40,612 nt of DNA, from the sequence record MT446393.1. The stretch is one strand, 5' to 3'. The stretch is from Escherichia virus TH16. How positions within the stretch are numbered: position 1 is the first letter of the stretch; every line of letters starts with the position of its first letter. Below are positions 17,008 through 26,089 of the stretch, one piece after another. A model generated the notes under the pieces. It saw nothing but the letters and a program-made list of their open reading frames with translations, was not told where the DNA came from and made no database searches. Both the position numbers and the translations under genes were made by a program.

Positions 17008-19290
17008 TTACTCCTTACCAATTAGTACGTTTGCGATACCCTCCAGTGAGACGTCATTATACATCCCACCGCGCTTCTCGATGTTGGCCTCTCGGTCAGC
17101 TCGACGTTTGTCACCAGCAGCTTTAGTCCCGACGATACGCGCTCGCTTGTTAGCGTCACGTTCTGCCTGAGCATATGCGGCATCTTGTGCCTTCTGCTGT
17201 TGTTCGCGGTAGAGTTTACCTACAAGTTCTTTATCGTAGCGAATACGAATAGTCCCTGTAGCGTCTTGGAGGAAGATAGAGCCATTCTGTTCAACAACGG
17301 ACAACTGAGAGTTTACTACCCAAGGGTTGGCCTTAATGAGCTGCTTACGAGCGGTGTCGATAATGTCTCGACCAACCTGCCACGACTCTGGGTTATCCCC
17401 AACCATAAGCTGGTGTTTGGACACCATGCCGATGGACTTACCGTCAGAACCTTCAGACTGGAACGTTACTGTGTTCTCATTCAGCCAGCGTTGAGTCTGC
17501 TGAGTTGCAGCGTCAGCGTTACCTGTACGATAGTACCATGAGTCCCAGACCTTACGAGCACTTGAGTCCAGAGACGTAGGAAGACGCGAAAGGTCCTTAT
17601 TCCGAGAGTCGTTCTTCAACTCCTGCCACGCCTTGTCTGACTCCATGCGCATCTCGCGGCTTTGACTTGCAGCTTGCTTATCAGCTTCAATCATCGTCTG
17701 AGGGTCCAGACCCATCTTGTCCATCTGGTCGAACGTAGAGAACAACTGAGCTTGGTCAGGATACAGAGCAGCAAAACTTGAAGGGTCCTGAGTGTAGGCA
17801 CGACGCAGGGACTCAAAGCGTTGCATCTTGTCTGGGTCGTACTGCCCACGGATGACCGCAGCTTGCCACTCACCAGCAGCGTCCTGAGTCAGCGTCTGGA
17901 AGGCATTACGGAACGGACCATTGTTAGTGTCAGCCCTTAACAATGCCACCTTCTGCGCGTCCTTAGCAGCCTCAGGGATGTCCATCTTGTCAATCTGCTG
18001 TAGCTTGGCAGACGCATAGTTGTTCATGTCAGAACGCTTGAACTCGCCTGTAGCATCTGAGACCGGAAGGTCCTCATAGTTGGTGGACACGTTGTCACCA
18101 GCCAGCCGTCGCTGATACACTTGGTCTATGACCAGTTGCTTGTTCTGGGTCTGGATTAACTTAGTGTTCTCCTTCGCCTGTTCAGCGGACTTACGCTTAA
18201 CCGCTTCCAGTAAGCTGGCTTCGGCATTAATAAGCATCTGACGCTGAGGCGTTAGTTCTTCACCCGGCTGAAGCAGGTTGTTCTGCTCCTTGAGTTTCTG
18301 AATCTGGGCCAGACCAATGGTTGGGTCATCCTGAAGAATCGCAGACTGAACGCCTAGCGCCAAGTCTTCCTGATACTTAGCCACCAGTTTATACTCAGTA
18401 CCTTGGGCCTCAACCATAGCAGCATTGAAGACGTCAGGTCCTACAATCTCTTCGATGGTAGCGTCAACACCGTTAAGGGTGATACGCTCGCCACGGACTT
18501 GCTGTAGGAAGTTTGAGCCTCCTGACTTCTGGATTGCGTCACGGACCGTCTGGGTGATAACCTCTCGTGCTCTCTGGTCCGAAGGTATAGCAGCAGTCGT
18601 CAGTCCATCCCGAAGGTAGGCCATGAAGGTCTTTCCAGACTCAGGCGAACGCATCAGGTCCCCATCGTTAAGGAACGAGTTCAGCTCAATACGAGTGTTC
18701 AACATTGCTGTCTCTTCAGACTGCTTGCTGAAATACTTATTGAAGGACCCGTAGATAGCGATGTTTCGGTCAGTGATGTTATCGTTGAATCCACGCTGGA
18801 AGAACTCGTCGGTAGGGTTAATACCCGCCTCTTCAGCATAGGACTTAGCGGCATCCTGAAGTCGCTGGTGGCGATATTCTTCCATCTCCTGACGTGTGCG
18901 GAACTCACCGTTCTGAATCTTAACGTTAATCTCGTCGTCTACAGCAAAGGCAGCATTACGACCAGTCTTGACTCGAAGTGCTTCCATAGCGTAAGGGTCA
19001 TCCTGATACAGCAATGTGCCGTTCTGGATAGCCTCACGTCTCTGCTGAGGTGTCAACTTACGGATAATCTCGTTAGACCGCTCGTCGGCCCGTGTCTTCT
19101 CCTCGTCTTTGAACTGCTTGTATAGTCCAGTCCCAGACTCAACGAAGTTGGTTAATGCACGAGCCAGACCGGAGTCACCAGTCGGAGCCTGAACGCTGGC
19201 TGCTTGATAGTTGACGGCGATAGTTTTACCCGGCGCTCTGCCGCGACCCATAGTCCGATTAGCCAGAGCCGATTCAATATTACTAGCCAT
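17008..19290 (-). CDS. gp15: Internal virion (core/ejection) protein C (760 aa)
   Basis: Size and position between gp14 and gp16. Confidence 0.8.
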   Translation of the reverse strand: MASNIESALANRTMGRGRAPGKTIAVNYQAASVQAPTGDSGLARALTNFVESGTGLYKQFKDEEKTRADERSNEIIRKLTPQQRREAIQNGTLLYQDDPYAMEALRVKTGRNAAFAVDDEINVKIQNGEFRTRQEMEEYRHQRLQDAAKSYAEEAGINPTDEFFQRGFNDNITDRNIAIYGSFNKYFSKQSEETAMLNTRIELNSFLNDGDLMRSPESGKTFMAYLRDGLTTAAIPSDQRAREVITQTVRDAIQKSGGSNFLQQVRGERITLNGVDATIEEIVGPDVFNAAMVEAQGTEYKLVAKYQEDLALGVQSAILQDDPTIGLAQIQKLKEQNNLLQPGEELTPQRQMLINAEASLLEAVKRKSAEQAKENTKLIQTQNKQLVIDQVYQRRLAGDNVSTNYEDLPVSDATGEFKRSDMNNYASAKLQQIDKMDIPEAAKDAQKVALLRADTNNGPFRNAFQTLTQDAAGEWQAAVIRGQYDPDKMQRFESLRRAYTQDPSSFAALYPDQAQLFSTFDQMDKMGLDPQTMIEADKQAASQSREMRMESDKAWQELKNDSRNKDLSRLPTSLDSSARKVWDSWYYRTGNADAATQQTQRWLNENTVTFQSEGSDGKSIGMVSKHQLMVGDNPESWQVGRDIIDTARKQLIKANPWVVNSQLSVVEQNGSIFLQDATGTIRIRYDKELVGKLYREQQQKAQDAAYAQAERDANKRARIVGTKAAGDKRRADREANIEKRGGMYNDVSLEGIANVLIGKE

Positions 19291-19301
19291 TAGTCCTCCT
19301 C

Positions 19302-19889
19302 TTAGCTATGACCTGTAGGTGTGCCTTTAGCAGCACTAATAGGTGCAGCACCACCAGAGCTTGTTGCCCCAGATATTGACTTACCAGCAGCATATCCCTG
19401 CATCCCGGCGCTAGCAACATTAAGTGCATGAGCCAGTGGGCTGGTCTTGATGATTTTACCTTGACCACGGATAGCAGACTTTGTGTTCTCAATGTTGGCG
19501 ATACGGTTCCCGAAGATAGCCGCATAGTCGCGGTTGTAACTTTCGGTAATCCCTGCTCGCTCCTTGACTGTATCTCCTGCGACCTGACGTTCAATCCTGT
19601 CCATAGAGTTACCTTCCAGACCGGACTCAGCCACCGCAGCTCGGACCATACCCTGATTGCGGATACCGTTGAGCGTGGTCTCTGTCAGTTCAGCCATCTG
19701 CTGCTCCTTCAGGTCTCTCTCCTGCATCCTCAGGTTGGCGTCAGAGTAGTTCATCTGCTTAACCATTCCCTGAGCCTGTCGGTTCTGAGCGTCAATTGCT
19801 GCACCTTCGGCCTTGGCCTGTTGTGATGCGGACATAGTGGCCCCTGCTACAGCCATGATACCCATGCCGATACTTACGGGTTCACACAT
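19302..19889 (-). CDS. gp14: Internal virion protein B (195 aa)
   Basis: Similarity to T7 gp14 (EGNSMDRIERQ, C-terminal KGTPTG). Confidence 0.85.
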   Translation of the reverse strand: MCEPVSIGMGIMAVAGATMSASQQAKAEGAAIDAQNRQAQGMVKQMNYSDANLRMQERDLKEQQMAELTETTLNGIRNQGMVRAAVAESGLEGNSMDRIERQVAGDTVKERAGITESYNRDYAAIFGNRIANIENTKSAIRGQGKIIKTSPLAHALNVASAGMQGYAAGKSISGATSSGGAAPISAAKGTPTGHS

Positions 19890-20344
19890 ACGTCCTCCTT
19901 AGAGATAGTGAATAATTGAAAACGCTCACCAGTTACCGGGCTGATAGTCCAATCCTCATGGAACTTAGCCCCAAGCAACTTCAAGAATTTAATGTGAGAC
20001 TTATTGCCTGACCACACGTAGTTCCAGATGGTCCCGTATTGGTCTAACATTAAGTCCCTGTACTCAGAGATACGCTTTATGAACTCTCGCTTCTCTTTAT
20101 GTCTCAGCTTATAGACAAGACCTGAAGTCAAGAACCATACGTTATCCCCTTGGTTTCCGCCATAGGCAAACACTTCGCCTACACCGTTCGTTAAAACCAC
20201 AGATGACGGAGATAGGTGCTTAAGCAGTCTTTCAGAGAGACCAACGGTTGACCCATAGTTTGCTTTGCACTCATTAACATCATCTGCTGAAAGATGCCAC
20301 AGAAAGTAGTGGACATCTGGCTCCGTAGCCTTGCGAATATACAT
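19874..20344 (-). CDS. gp13: Internal virion protein A (156 aa)
   Basis: Position after a phage promoter and before gp14; weak gp13-like motifs. Confidence 0.65.
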   Translation of the reverse strand: MYIRKATEPDVHYFLWHLSADDVNECKANYGSTVGLSERLLKHLSPSSVVLTNGVGEVFAYGGNQGDNVWFLTSGLVYKLRHKEKREFIKRISEYRDLMLDQYGTIWNYVWSGNKSHIKFLKLLGAKFHEDWTISPVTGERFQLFTISKEDVCVNP

Positions 20345-20373
20345 GAAGTCTCCTTATAACCTTAAGGGCCTAT

Positions 20374-20396
20374 AGTCCCTATAGTGATAGTTAAGG
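20374..20396 (-). promoter_or_regulatory. Phage RNAP promoter (phi13-like)
   Basis: Minus-strand CCTTAACTATCACTATAGGGACT. Confidence 0.7.
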
Positions 20397-20420
20397 TAAA
20401 TCTATAGACCCTTCAATAAG

Positions 20421-22778
20421 TTAGACGGAACGAGCTTTCTTAGCGTATGACGCCTCCCAGCCACACCCAACGATTGACACTGGGGTAGGATAGTCGGACT
20501 CTAAGGTTAGACTCGTGGTTAATGCGTTACCATTCATAGCGAAGCGATACTGCCCGTCACCAATGTTTGTAGTCCCGATGGTTTGCTGCCCAAGGGTGTA
20601 CCCGTTGAAGGTATTCACGAACTCCCGCTCACCGTTTCTGACAATGAGTCTCAGAGCGCCAGTGTCTTTGTAGTTGACCCAAGCCCGACGAAGTTGTAGA
20701 CGACCAGTGTCTTCAGACTGAGTGCCACTATCATCTTCAATCTTAATCAGGAACCGTGAGAACTTGTAGGACATCAGATAGGACCGTCCGATGAACACTG
20801 TGCGTCCTGACCAATCGCCGTTGAGGATAACCACAGTAGAGCTACTGGTCAAGTCCCCAAGGTCCACATAAGCACCCTGACTGTCAATCAGATAGTACCG
20901 ACCGGGAGACGGAGAGTTGCCACCATAAGCAGCACCAATGTCAACCGTAGTCTTATAGGTGTCAGAGTTGTATGAGCCATTTGGTATTACCATAGACACC
21001 TTGGAGTCAACGTGGAGTCTATACGGCTCTAATGGAAAGTCAGTTGCCTCCTTGATGAACTTAAGGTGCTCAAGGTCCACACCGCCTTGGTGCTGACGAA
21101 CAATGAACATGGTAGAGCCAATCGACGCAGACGCCAGAATCTTATCAGCTTTAGGGAACTCCCAGTGCGACCAAGAGGCTTGAAGTTGTACGCCGTCCTT
21201 AAACAAGAACTTGTAGATGTAGATTCTGTTGTATGCACCTGTAGAGTTGACGCAGATGTAGTTCTCAGTCCCTGTACCTTGAATGTCAAACACCCCGTTA
21301 GGGATATAGGACAGTACGTGGCCAGTAGTATCATCGGCATCCTTCACGTCAGACACATCTGCTACAGCGAAGTATCGCTTAATGCTGGTGAATGACCCAC
21401 GAGGCGCTGAGAAGAAGACTGAGCGTCCTACAGCGAACGGTCTGGCATTATCACCTAAGGCAAACTCTGAGCCTACATCAAGCTGGATAGACTTCGAGGT
21501 AAGGACCCCAGAGCTTGTCATCACGAACTGAACCTCATCCGACCAAAGTAGTAGCTGCTCGCTAAACGGAACGGCGTACTTAAGGATTGAGATACGAGGG
21601 TGACTTACAGCTACATCAATAGGGTCATCATCACTCAGTGTCGCCACACTCTTAGGGAAGAACGCAAAGTAGCTGGCTGAACGGCTCATAATTACGTTCT
21701 CACCCGACAAGAACCCAAGTCTGTTCCTGTAGAAGAACACATCATTAATCGCAGCATCCACGAAGCTAGGCATAGGGTTTGTGTCATCGTTACCAGAACC
21801 ACGCTTGGACCAATCCAGAGTTTTGAACTCAAAGGAGCCATCAGACTGTCTTACCAGAGCATGTGGCATTGTGGTGACATCGAACCCAGTGACAACTCCA
21901 GGCTCCACTGTCTCCTTCCACGTCTTAGTGTTGGAGTCATACATCACGTAGTATTCATCGGCGCTACTGTTTGTCTCACCTTGAATCTTAATGATATACC
22001 CATTAGGAGCTGCAAGAGGTAGTTTAGAGATTGTCTGCACAGTGTCTAGGACTGGGCTTATTAGCTGGTTAGCGTAGCCATCCTCCGTCTCCACTGAGTT
22101 AATGTCGGTCCCTGAAGGAGCTGTGATTAGCAGGAAGCCAGACCCAAGGTCAAACGTGAAGGTAGGATAGGCAGTAACAAGAAGGTCTCTCAGAGCTGCA
22201 CCAATGGCTTGAGCGTCCACCTTAGGTGGGTCATTCTCGGCATCATTACCTGCTGGTAGCTTATGCGAGACCTTAACTCCACCATTGATTCCAACCTTAA
22301 GGGTTCGACCATACTGTCCACCACGCAGGTTAATTAAAGCCCGTGCTTTGCGGTTATAACCAGAGTGTGACTTCTCGCTTCCACCTTTGACGACAACCTT
22401 ACGGTTAACGACGAACGTATAGTCTGCCACGGTAACGACACGGATGTCATCTCGCGGGTTGGAGGACTTAACGTAGTCTACCTCACCGGACACTGAGTAT
22501 TGATTGCCACTCAAGTCAACTACCTGAATGTTGGACCCATTGAACACTATGTAATACTGCTCATGCGCGTCACGGTTAATCAGGTGGAACTTAGGGTTGC
22601 TCCCAACGTCGATGCTAAGACGTCGTTTGAAGACTGTAGGTGGGCGCTTCTGGAGTCCATCACTCTCGGATGACCAGCAGTTAACCTGTGCCTCGCCTTG
22701 GTCTGAGAACCTCAGTATATCAGGCTGTTGGCTAATGCCACCTTTAAGGTTCTTGATTGATTGAGTAATTAGTGGCAT
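20421..22778 (-). CDS. gp12: Tail tubular protein B (785 aa)
   Basis: Size and position match T7 gp12. Confidence 0.9.
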   Translation of the reverse strand: MPLITQSIKNLKGGISQQPDILRFSDQGEAQVNCWSSESDGLQKRPPTVFKRRLSIDVGSNPKFHLINRDAHEQYYIVFNGSNIQVVDLSGNQYSVSGEVDYVKSSNPRDDIRVVTVADYTFVVNRKVVVKGGSEKSHSGYNRKARALINLRGGQYGRTLKVGINGGVKVSHKLPAGNDAENDPPKVDAQAIGAALRDLLVTAYPTFTFDLGSGFLLITAPSGTDINSVETEDGYANQLISPVLDTVQTISKLPLAAPNGYIIKIQGETNSSADEYYVMYDSNTKTWKETVEPGVVTGFDVTTMPHALVRQSDGSFEFKTLDWSKRGSGNDDTNPMPSFVDAAINDVFFYRNRLGFLSGENVIMSRSASYFAFFPKSVATLSDDDPIDVAVSHPRISILKYAVPFSEQLLLWSDEVQFVMTSSGVLTSKSIQLDVGSEFALGDNARPFAVGRSVFFSAPRGSFTSIKRYFAVADVSDVKDADDTTGHVLSYIPNGVFDIQGTGTENYICVNSTGAYNRIYIYKFLFKDGVQLQASWSHWEFPKADKILASASIGSTMFIVRQHQGGVDLEHLKFIKEATDFPLEPYRLHVDSKVSMVIPNGSYNSDTYKTTVDIGAAYGGNSPSPGRYYLIDSQGAYVDLGDLTSSSTVVILNGDWSGRTVFIGRSYLMSYKFSRFLIKIEDDSGTQSEDTGRLQLRRAWVNYKDTGALRLIVRNGEREFVNTFNGYTLGQQTIGTTNIGDGQYRFAMNGNALTTSLTLESDYPTPVSIVGCGWEASYAKKARSV

Positions 22779-22787
22779 AGGCCCTCC

Positions 22788-23015
22788 TTAAATCATACTC
22801 ATTAGGACATATCCTTCAGCGATGTCACCAACGTCAGCAATGTGGACAACCTTACGCGCTACCTGTTGTCCAGTATACCCGTTGTCCCACTCATTCAGGA
22901 TAAGCCAGTCGCCAACCTTAAAGTCCCGGTAGTTAAGTCTCAGCTCTGCTGTCTTTAGACCTAGCTGTACCGGACCAAAGTGCTGGCGGTGAATCTTCAG
23001 GTTGTGACTAGCCAT
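22788..23015 (-). CDS. DUF3850 / ASCH-like small protein (75 aa) inserted between gp11 and gp12
   Basis: KIHRQHF...LKTAELRLNYRDFKVGDWLILNEW pattern typical of DUF3850/ASCH-fold proteins; ATG overlaps the gp11 stop. Confidence 0.65.
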   Translation of the reverse strand: MASHNLKIHRQHFGPVQLGLKTAELRLNYRDFKVGDWLILNEWDNGYTGQQVARKVVHIADVGDIAEGYVLMSMI

Positions 23016-23581
23016 TAGTCCCTCCCGATGTCAGACATCATGTTGTAGCGACCAGTGTCCATCTCGTACTCCATAACCTGCTGATAGAGTTCTTCTTCCT
23101 GCTCACGAAGGTATAGCTCTGACTCTGGGCTACCGAAGAACTTAGCGTTGAACTCACGGCTAGCTTTAGTGACGATGTAGTCCCTGAAGACCACAGGCAT
23201 CTCAGAGAATGGTTTCATCTCCACAAGCTCTACCGTGATAGGGTCAGTGAAAGTGGTTGACTGAGTGGATAGGTCGTACAGGTATCCACCCATGTTGCTG
23301 TAGTAGCTGGTGGCCCCAGTGGTCATTACACGAAGGTATGATGGCAGGAATCTAATCCTATTGTCTTGGACATCAGGTGTCAGGACAGCAGCTTCGTTGA
23401 TGTTAAAGTTCCATCCTTTAGCTTGGACCTGACGATTGACACGATGCAGGATACGTTGAGCGTTCGAGACGTCAGCGTTTCCCTCGTCAAGCTGTAGGAC
23501 TGCTGGTTCACCGATAGCAGCTAGCATATCGTTGATGGCGTCTAAGTCATCGTTAGTATTCAGTGGAATGTATTGAGCCAT
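23015..23581 (-). CDS. gp11: Tail tubular protein A (188 aa)
   Basis: Similarity to T7 gp11 (AIGEPAV, KGWNFNI, YIVTKASREFN, MEYEMD); AAGGAGG RBS. Confidence 0.9.
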   Translation of the reverse strand: MAQYIPLNTNDDLDAINDMLAAIGEPAVLQLDEGNADVSNAQRILHRVNRQVQAKGWNFNINEAAVLTPDVQDNRIRFLPSYLRVMTTGATSYYSNMGGYLYDLSTQSTTFTDPITVELVEMKPFSEMPVVFRDYIVTKASREFNAKFFGSPESELYLREQEEELYQQVMEYEMDTGRYNMMSDIGRD

Positions 23582-23594
23582 AGGCCCTCCTTAA

Positions 23595-23632
23595 GCAAAA
23601 ACCCCTCAAGCACCCGAAGGCACCCAAGGGGT
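23595..23632 (-). terminator. T-phi-like intrinsic terminator between the capsid gene and gp11
   Basis: Minus-strand hairpin CCCCUUGGGUGCC-UUCG-GGUGCUUGAGGGG (with G-U pairs) followed by UUUUUG. Confidence 0.7.
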
Positions 23633-23637
23633 TTCAA

Positions 23638-23928
23638 TTAGTTTGTGAAAGATATGTTGAAGGAACGCACAGGCGAACCGTCATACCCAACAATCACCAG
23701 ACCTTCCACGCCAGAGGTGGCCTTGAAGTAGAGACTGTTGGTTCTACGGGAGTAGCTAACACCATCAGGCGTAGTCACCTCAAGCAGCGACCAATCGGTC
23801 ACATCTGAAAGCTCAGGGAAGTCAACCTTCAGGCTGGTCCCAACCGTAGAACTGTACGTCTCTAAGGTAGGACCCTCTGTAGAGAGGGCCTTAAAGGTCG
23901 TTAACCCCCCAGCGCCGCTGTGAAAACC
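23638..23928 (-). other. gp10B: Candidate programmed -1 frameshift region: slippery GGTTTTC (23922..23928) plus a 94-codon open -1 frame (10B-like capsid extension)
   Basis: Slippery heptamer 6 codons before the 10A stop; -1 frame has no stop for 94 codons and ends at TAA just upstream of the terminator. Confidence 0.6.
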
Positions 23929-24950
23929 AGTGCGCCTGCCGCTTCTGGACGCAGACCTCCGTGACCCATAGCGTACTTACCAACAATCAGGTCGCCCTGG
24001 GCATCGACGTCACGGTCACGTTCCAGCGCCAAGTCACGCAGCTTCACAGTACCCACAGCAGAACGGTGAGAGAACAGACCCACAACGTTGTCCATAGCAA
24101 CTTTAACGTCGCCAGCAGCAGTCGCCGGGAATGCGTGTTTCTGGCCGGAAGCGATAGTGATACCATCGTCACCACGGGTCTCACCAGCACCACCCTGTAC
24201 CAGATGCGGAACCTCAACAACAACGAAGCCCATCACGTTACGGATGTTACCAGTCTCTGGATCAATCAGCGCAGCATAGTTAGCAGCGTTCGGCATCAGA
24301 GCCGCGAGGATTGCAGAGTAGTTGTCCGGCGTGGTGTAGAAGTAACGGTCTCCAGCAGGAACGTAGTTGGAGGTCAGCTTCGCACGGGCAATGGTCAGTT
24401 GACCGATGATTGCTTCGCCCAGCTTAGCCGGAGTGTTCAGATCGGCTTTAGTACCAACTTCAAGTACTGACGCAGTGCCAAGACCGGCAATATTCTCGTT
24501 GGATGAAGCCGGGAGGTTACACAGGAGAGCCATTTCAGCCAGAACCGCACCATCAGCAGCGATAGCCAGAGCTTCACCCAACTGGTTGGAGTACTCGCCA
24601 GCCACGTCATAGTGGTTCATCGCGTCTTCAATGTCGAAAATCATCACATCGGCAGTCAGCAGACCATCAATGGTAATCACTTTCTCGGTATGTTTGATAC
24701 CTTTACGCTTATCGGACAGTCGCTCACCCGGAGCTAGATACACACCGGAGGTGCGACCCATGACCGGGAACTGAGCAGACTTACCGTTCTGAATGGTACG
24801 GACAATATGCTTGTCAGCAGTTACAGAGCGGCGAGTGAATGCGGTCAGGACTTCACCAGCAAATACCTTCAGGAACAACGCAAGAGCGTCGGAACTGGAT
24901 TTGCCTTTACCTTGGTCTGTACCAATTTTCTGACCCGGAACGTTTGCCAT
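23901..24950 (-). CDS. gp10A: Major capsid protein (349 aa)
   Basis: Strong similarity to T7 gp10A (KHTEKVITIDGLLTADV, ALMPNAANYAALIDPE, HRSAVGTVKLRDLALER). Confidence 0.97.
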   Translation of the reverse strand: MANVPGQKIGTDQGKGKSSSDALALFLKVFAGEVLTAFTRRSVTADKHIVRTIQNGKSAQFPVMGRTSGVYLAPGERLSDKRKGIKHTEKVITIDGLLTADVMIFDIEDAMNHYDVAGEYSNQLGEALAIAADGAVLAEMALLCNLPASSNENIAGLGTASVLEVGTKADLNTPAKLGEAIIGQLTIARAKLTSNYVPAGDRYFYTTPDNYSAILAALMPNAANYAALIDPETGNIRNVMGFVVVEVPHLVQGGAGETRGDDGITIASGQKHAFPATAAGDVKVAMDNVVGLFSHRSAVGTVKLRDLALERDRDVDAQGDLIVGKYAMGHGGLRPEAAGALVFTAALGG

Positions 24951-25064
24951 ATGATAATTCTCCTATTCAATTGAAAGATAAAGTTTATTACTTACTGTAT
25001 GCCCAATCCGTATGGACTGAAGTAATAGGGAAACATTGGGTCTCTTCCTTTCAGAGTCTCTTGG

Positions 25065-25087
25065 TCTCCCTATAGTGATAGTTTAGT
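25065..25087 (-). promoter_or_regulatory. Phage RNAP promoter (phi10-like)
   Basis: Minus-strand ACTAAACTATCACTATAGGGAGA; predicted TSS near 25070. Confidence 0.8.
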
Positions 25088-25088
25088 C

Positions 25089-25976
25089 CTACAGGCTTGA
25101 GGCGGCTACCTTAGCGCGAACTTCCATCGTGTACTTAGCGTCACGCAGGTATCGCGGGTCACTCATAGCCTTAATCATGTCAGCCTTGGAGCTGAATGCT
25201 TCGGTCTGAGGAGCCTTAGGTGCGACCACAGGTTTAGCCTGAGTGGTGATGGTACGCTGAGGTTTAACGCCTACAGCCTTACCCAGAGTCTTGCCAGCCA
25301 GATTCAGCAGAGCCTTGGTAGTCGCAATGTCCTTACGAACGATAGCAGCTTCCAGTGCTTCACGAGTTGACGGGTCGTTGGACTCAAGGTGTGACAGGAT
25401 GCGATTAAACTGTTCCGCACCACCAGCGTAGCGAACCACACCAGCAGCATACTGTTCAGCCAGAGCTTCCTGACCACGGACAAATGAATCTACGAAACGC
25501 TTGGTATAACCTGCTTCCTGCAACTTAGCGTAGGATGCGTCAGACAGCTTACCGTCCTTGGCGTATTCAGCCTTGATAGCGGTAATTTCATCAGCAGTTA
25601 CCTTGCCAGCTTCTACAGCAGAAGACACCATGTCGTCGAATGCAGCTTCGTTTTCATCCAGAGCGGTGACACTTTCGGTCAGCTCTTTCGGTGCATCGCC
25701 AAGTTCGACGAACTCAGGTTGCTCACCATCGGTCTCAGACTCTTCGTCATCTGACTCTGGGTCTTCTTCACCTTCAGTCTCTTCGACGTTTTCGTCTTCT
25801 TCTTCGGTCGCCTCTTCGTTTTCGGCTTCCAGTTGCTTGAAGGTAATAGCGTCATCGCCATCACGAACAGCTACGTCCTGTTCAAGCATAGACTTCTGGT
25901 GTTCGTTAAGGTCCTCAACGGAACCAGTGATTGCATTAGAGCTAACGCCGAACTCGGCATAAACTGATTGTGACAT
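25089..25976 (-). CDS. gp9: Capsid assembly (scaffolding) protein (295 aa from the ATG)
   Basis: Acidic; similarity to T7 gp9 (IKAMSDPRY); track ORF begins with GTG at 26012, ATG at 25976 has AAGGAG RBS. Confidence 0.85.
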   Translation of the reverse strand: MSQSVYAEFGVSSNAITGSVEDLNEHQKSMLEQDVAVRDGDDAITFKQLEAENEEATEEEDENVEETEGEEDPESDDEESETDGEQPEFVELGDAPKELTESVTALDENEAAFDDMVSSAVEAGKVTADEITAIKAEYAKDGKLSDASYAKLQEAGYTKRFVDSFVRGQEALAEQYAAGVVRYAGGAEQFNRILSHLESNDPSTREALEAAIVRKDIATTKALLNLAGKTLGKAVGVKPQRTITTQAKPVVAPKAPQTEAFSSKADMIKAMSDPRYLRDAKYTMEVRAKVAASSL

Positions 25977-26066
25977 TGAGTCATTCTCCTTTAAGTCGTT
26001 AATAGGTAACACAGCAACCTTCCCGCCAGTTACGGCTGGTTGTGCTTTCTCTCACCCAAGCTGTGT

Positions 26067-26089
26067 TGTTCCTATAGTGATAGTTTAGG
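26067..26089 (-). promoter_or_regulatory. Phage RNAP promoter (phi9-like) overlapping the gp8 stop
   Basis: Minus-strand consensus match ...CTAAACTATCACTATAGGAAC. Confidence 0.7.
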
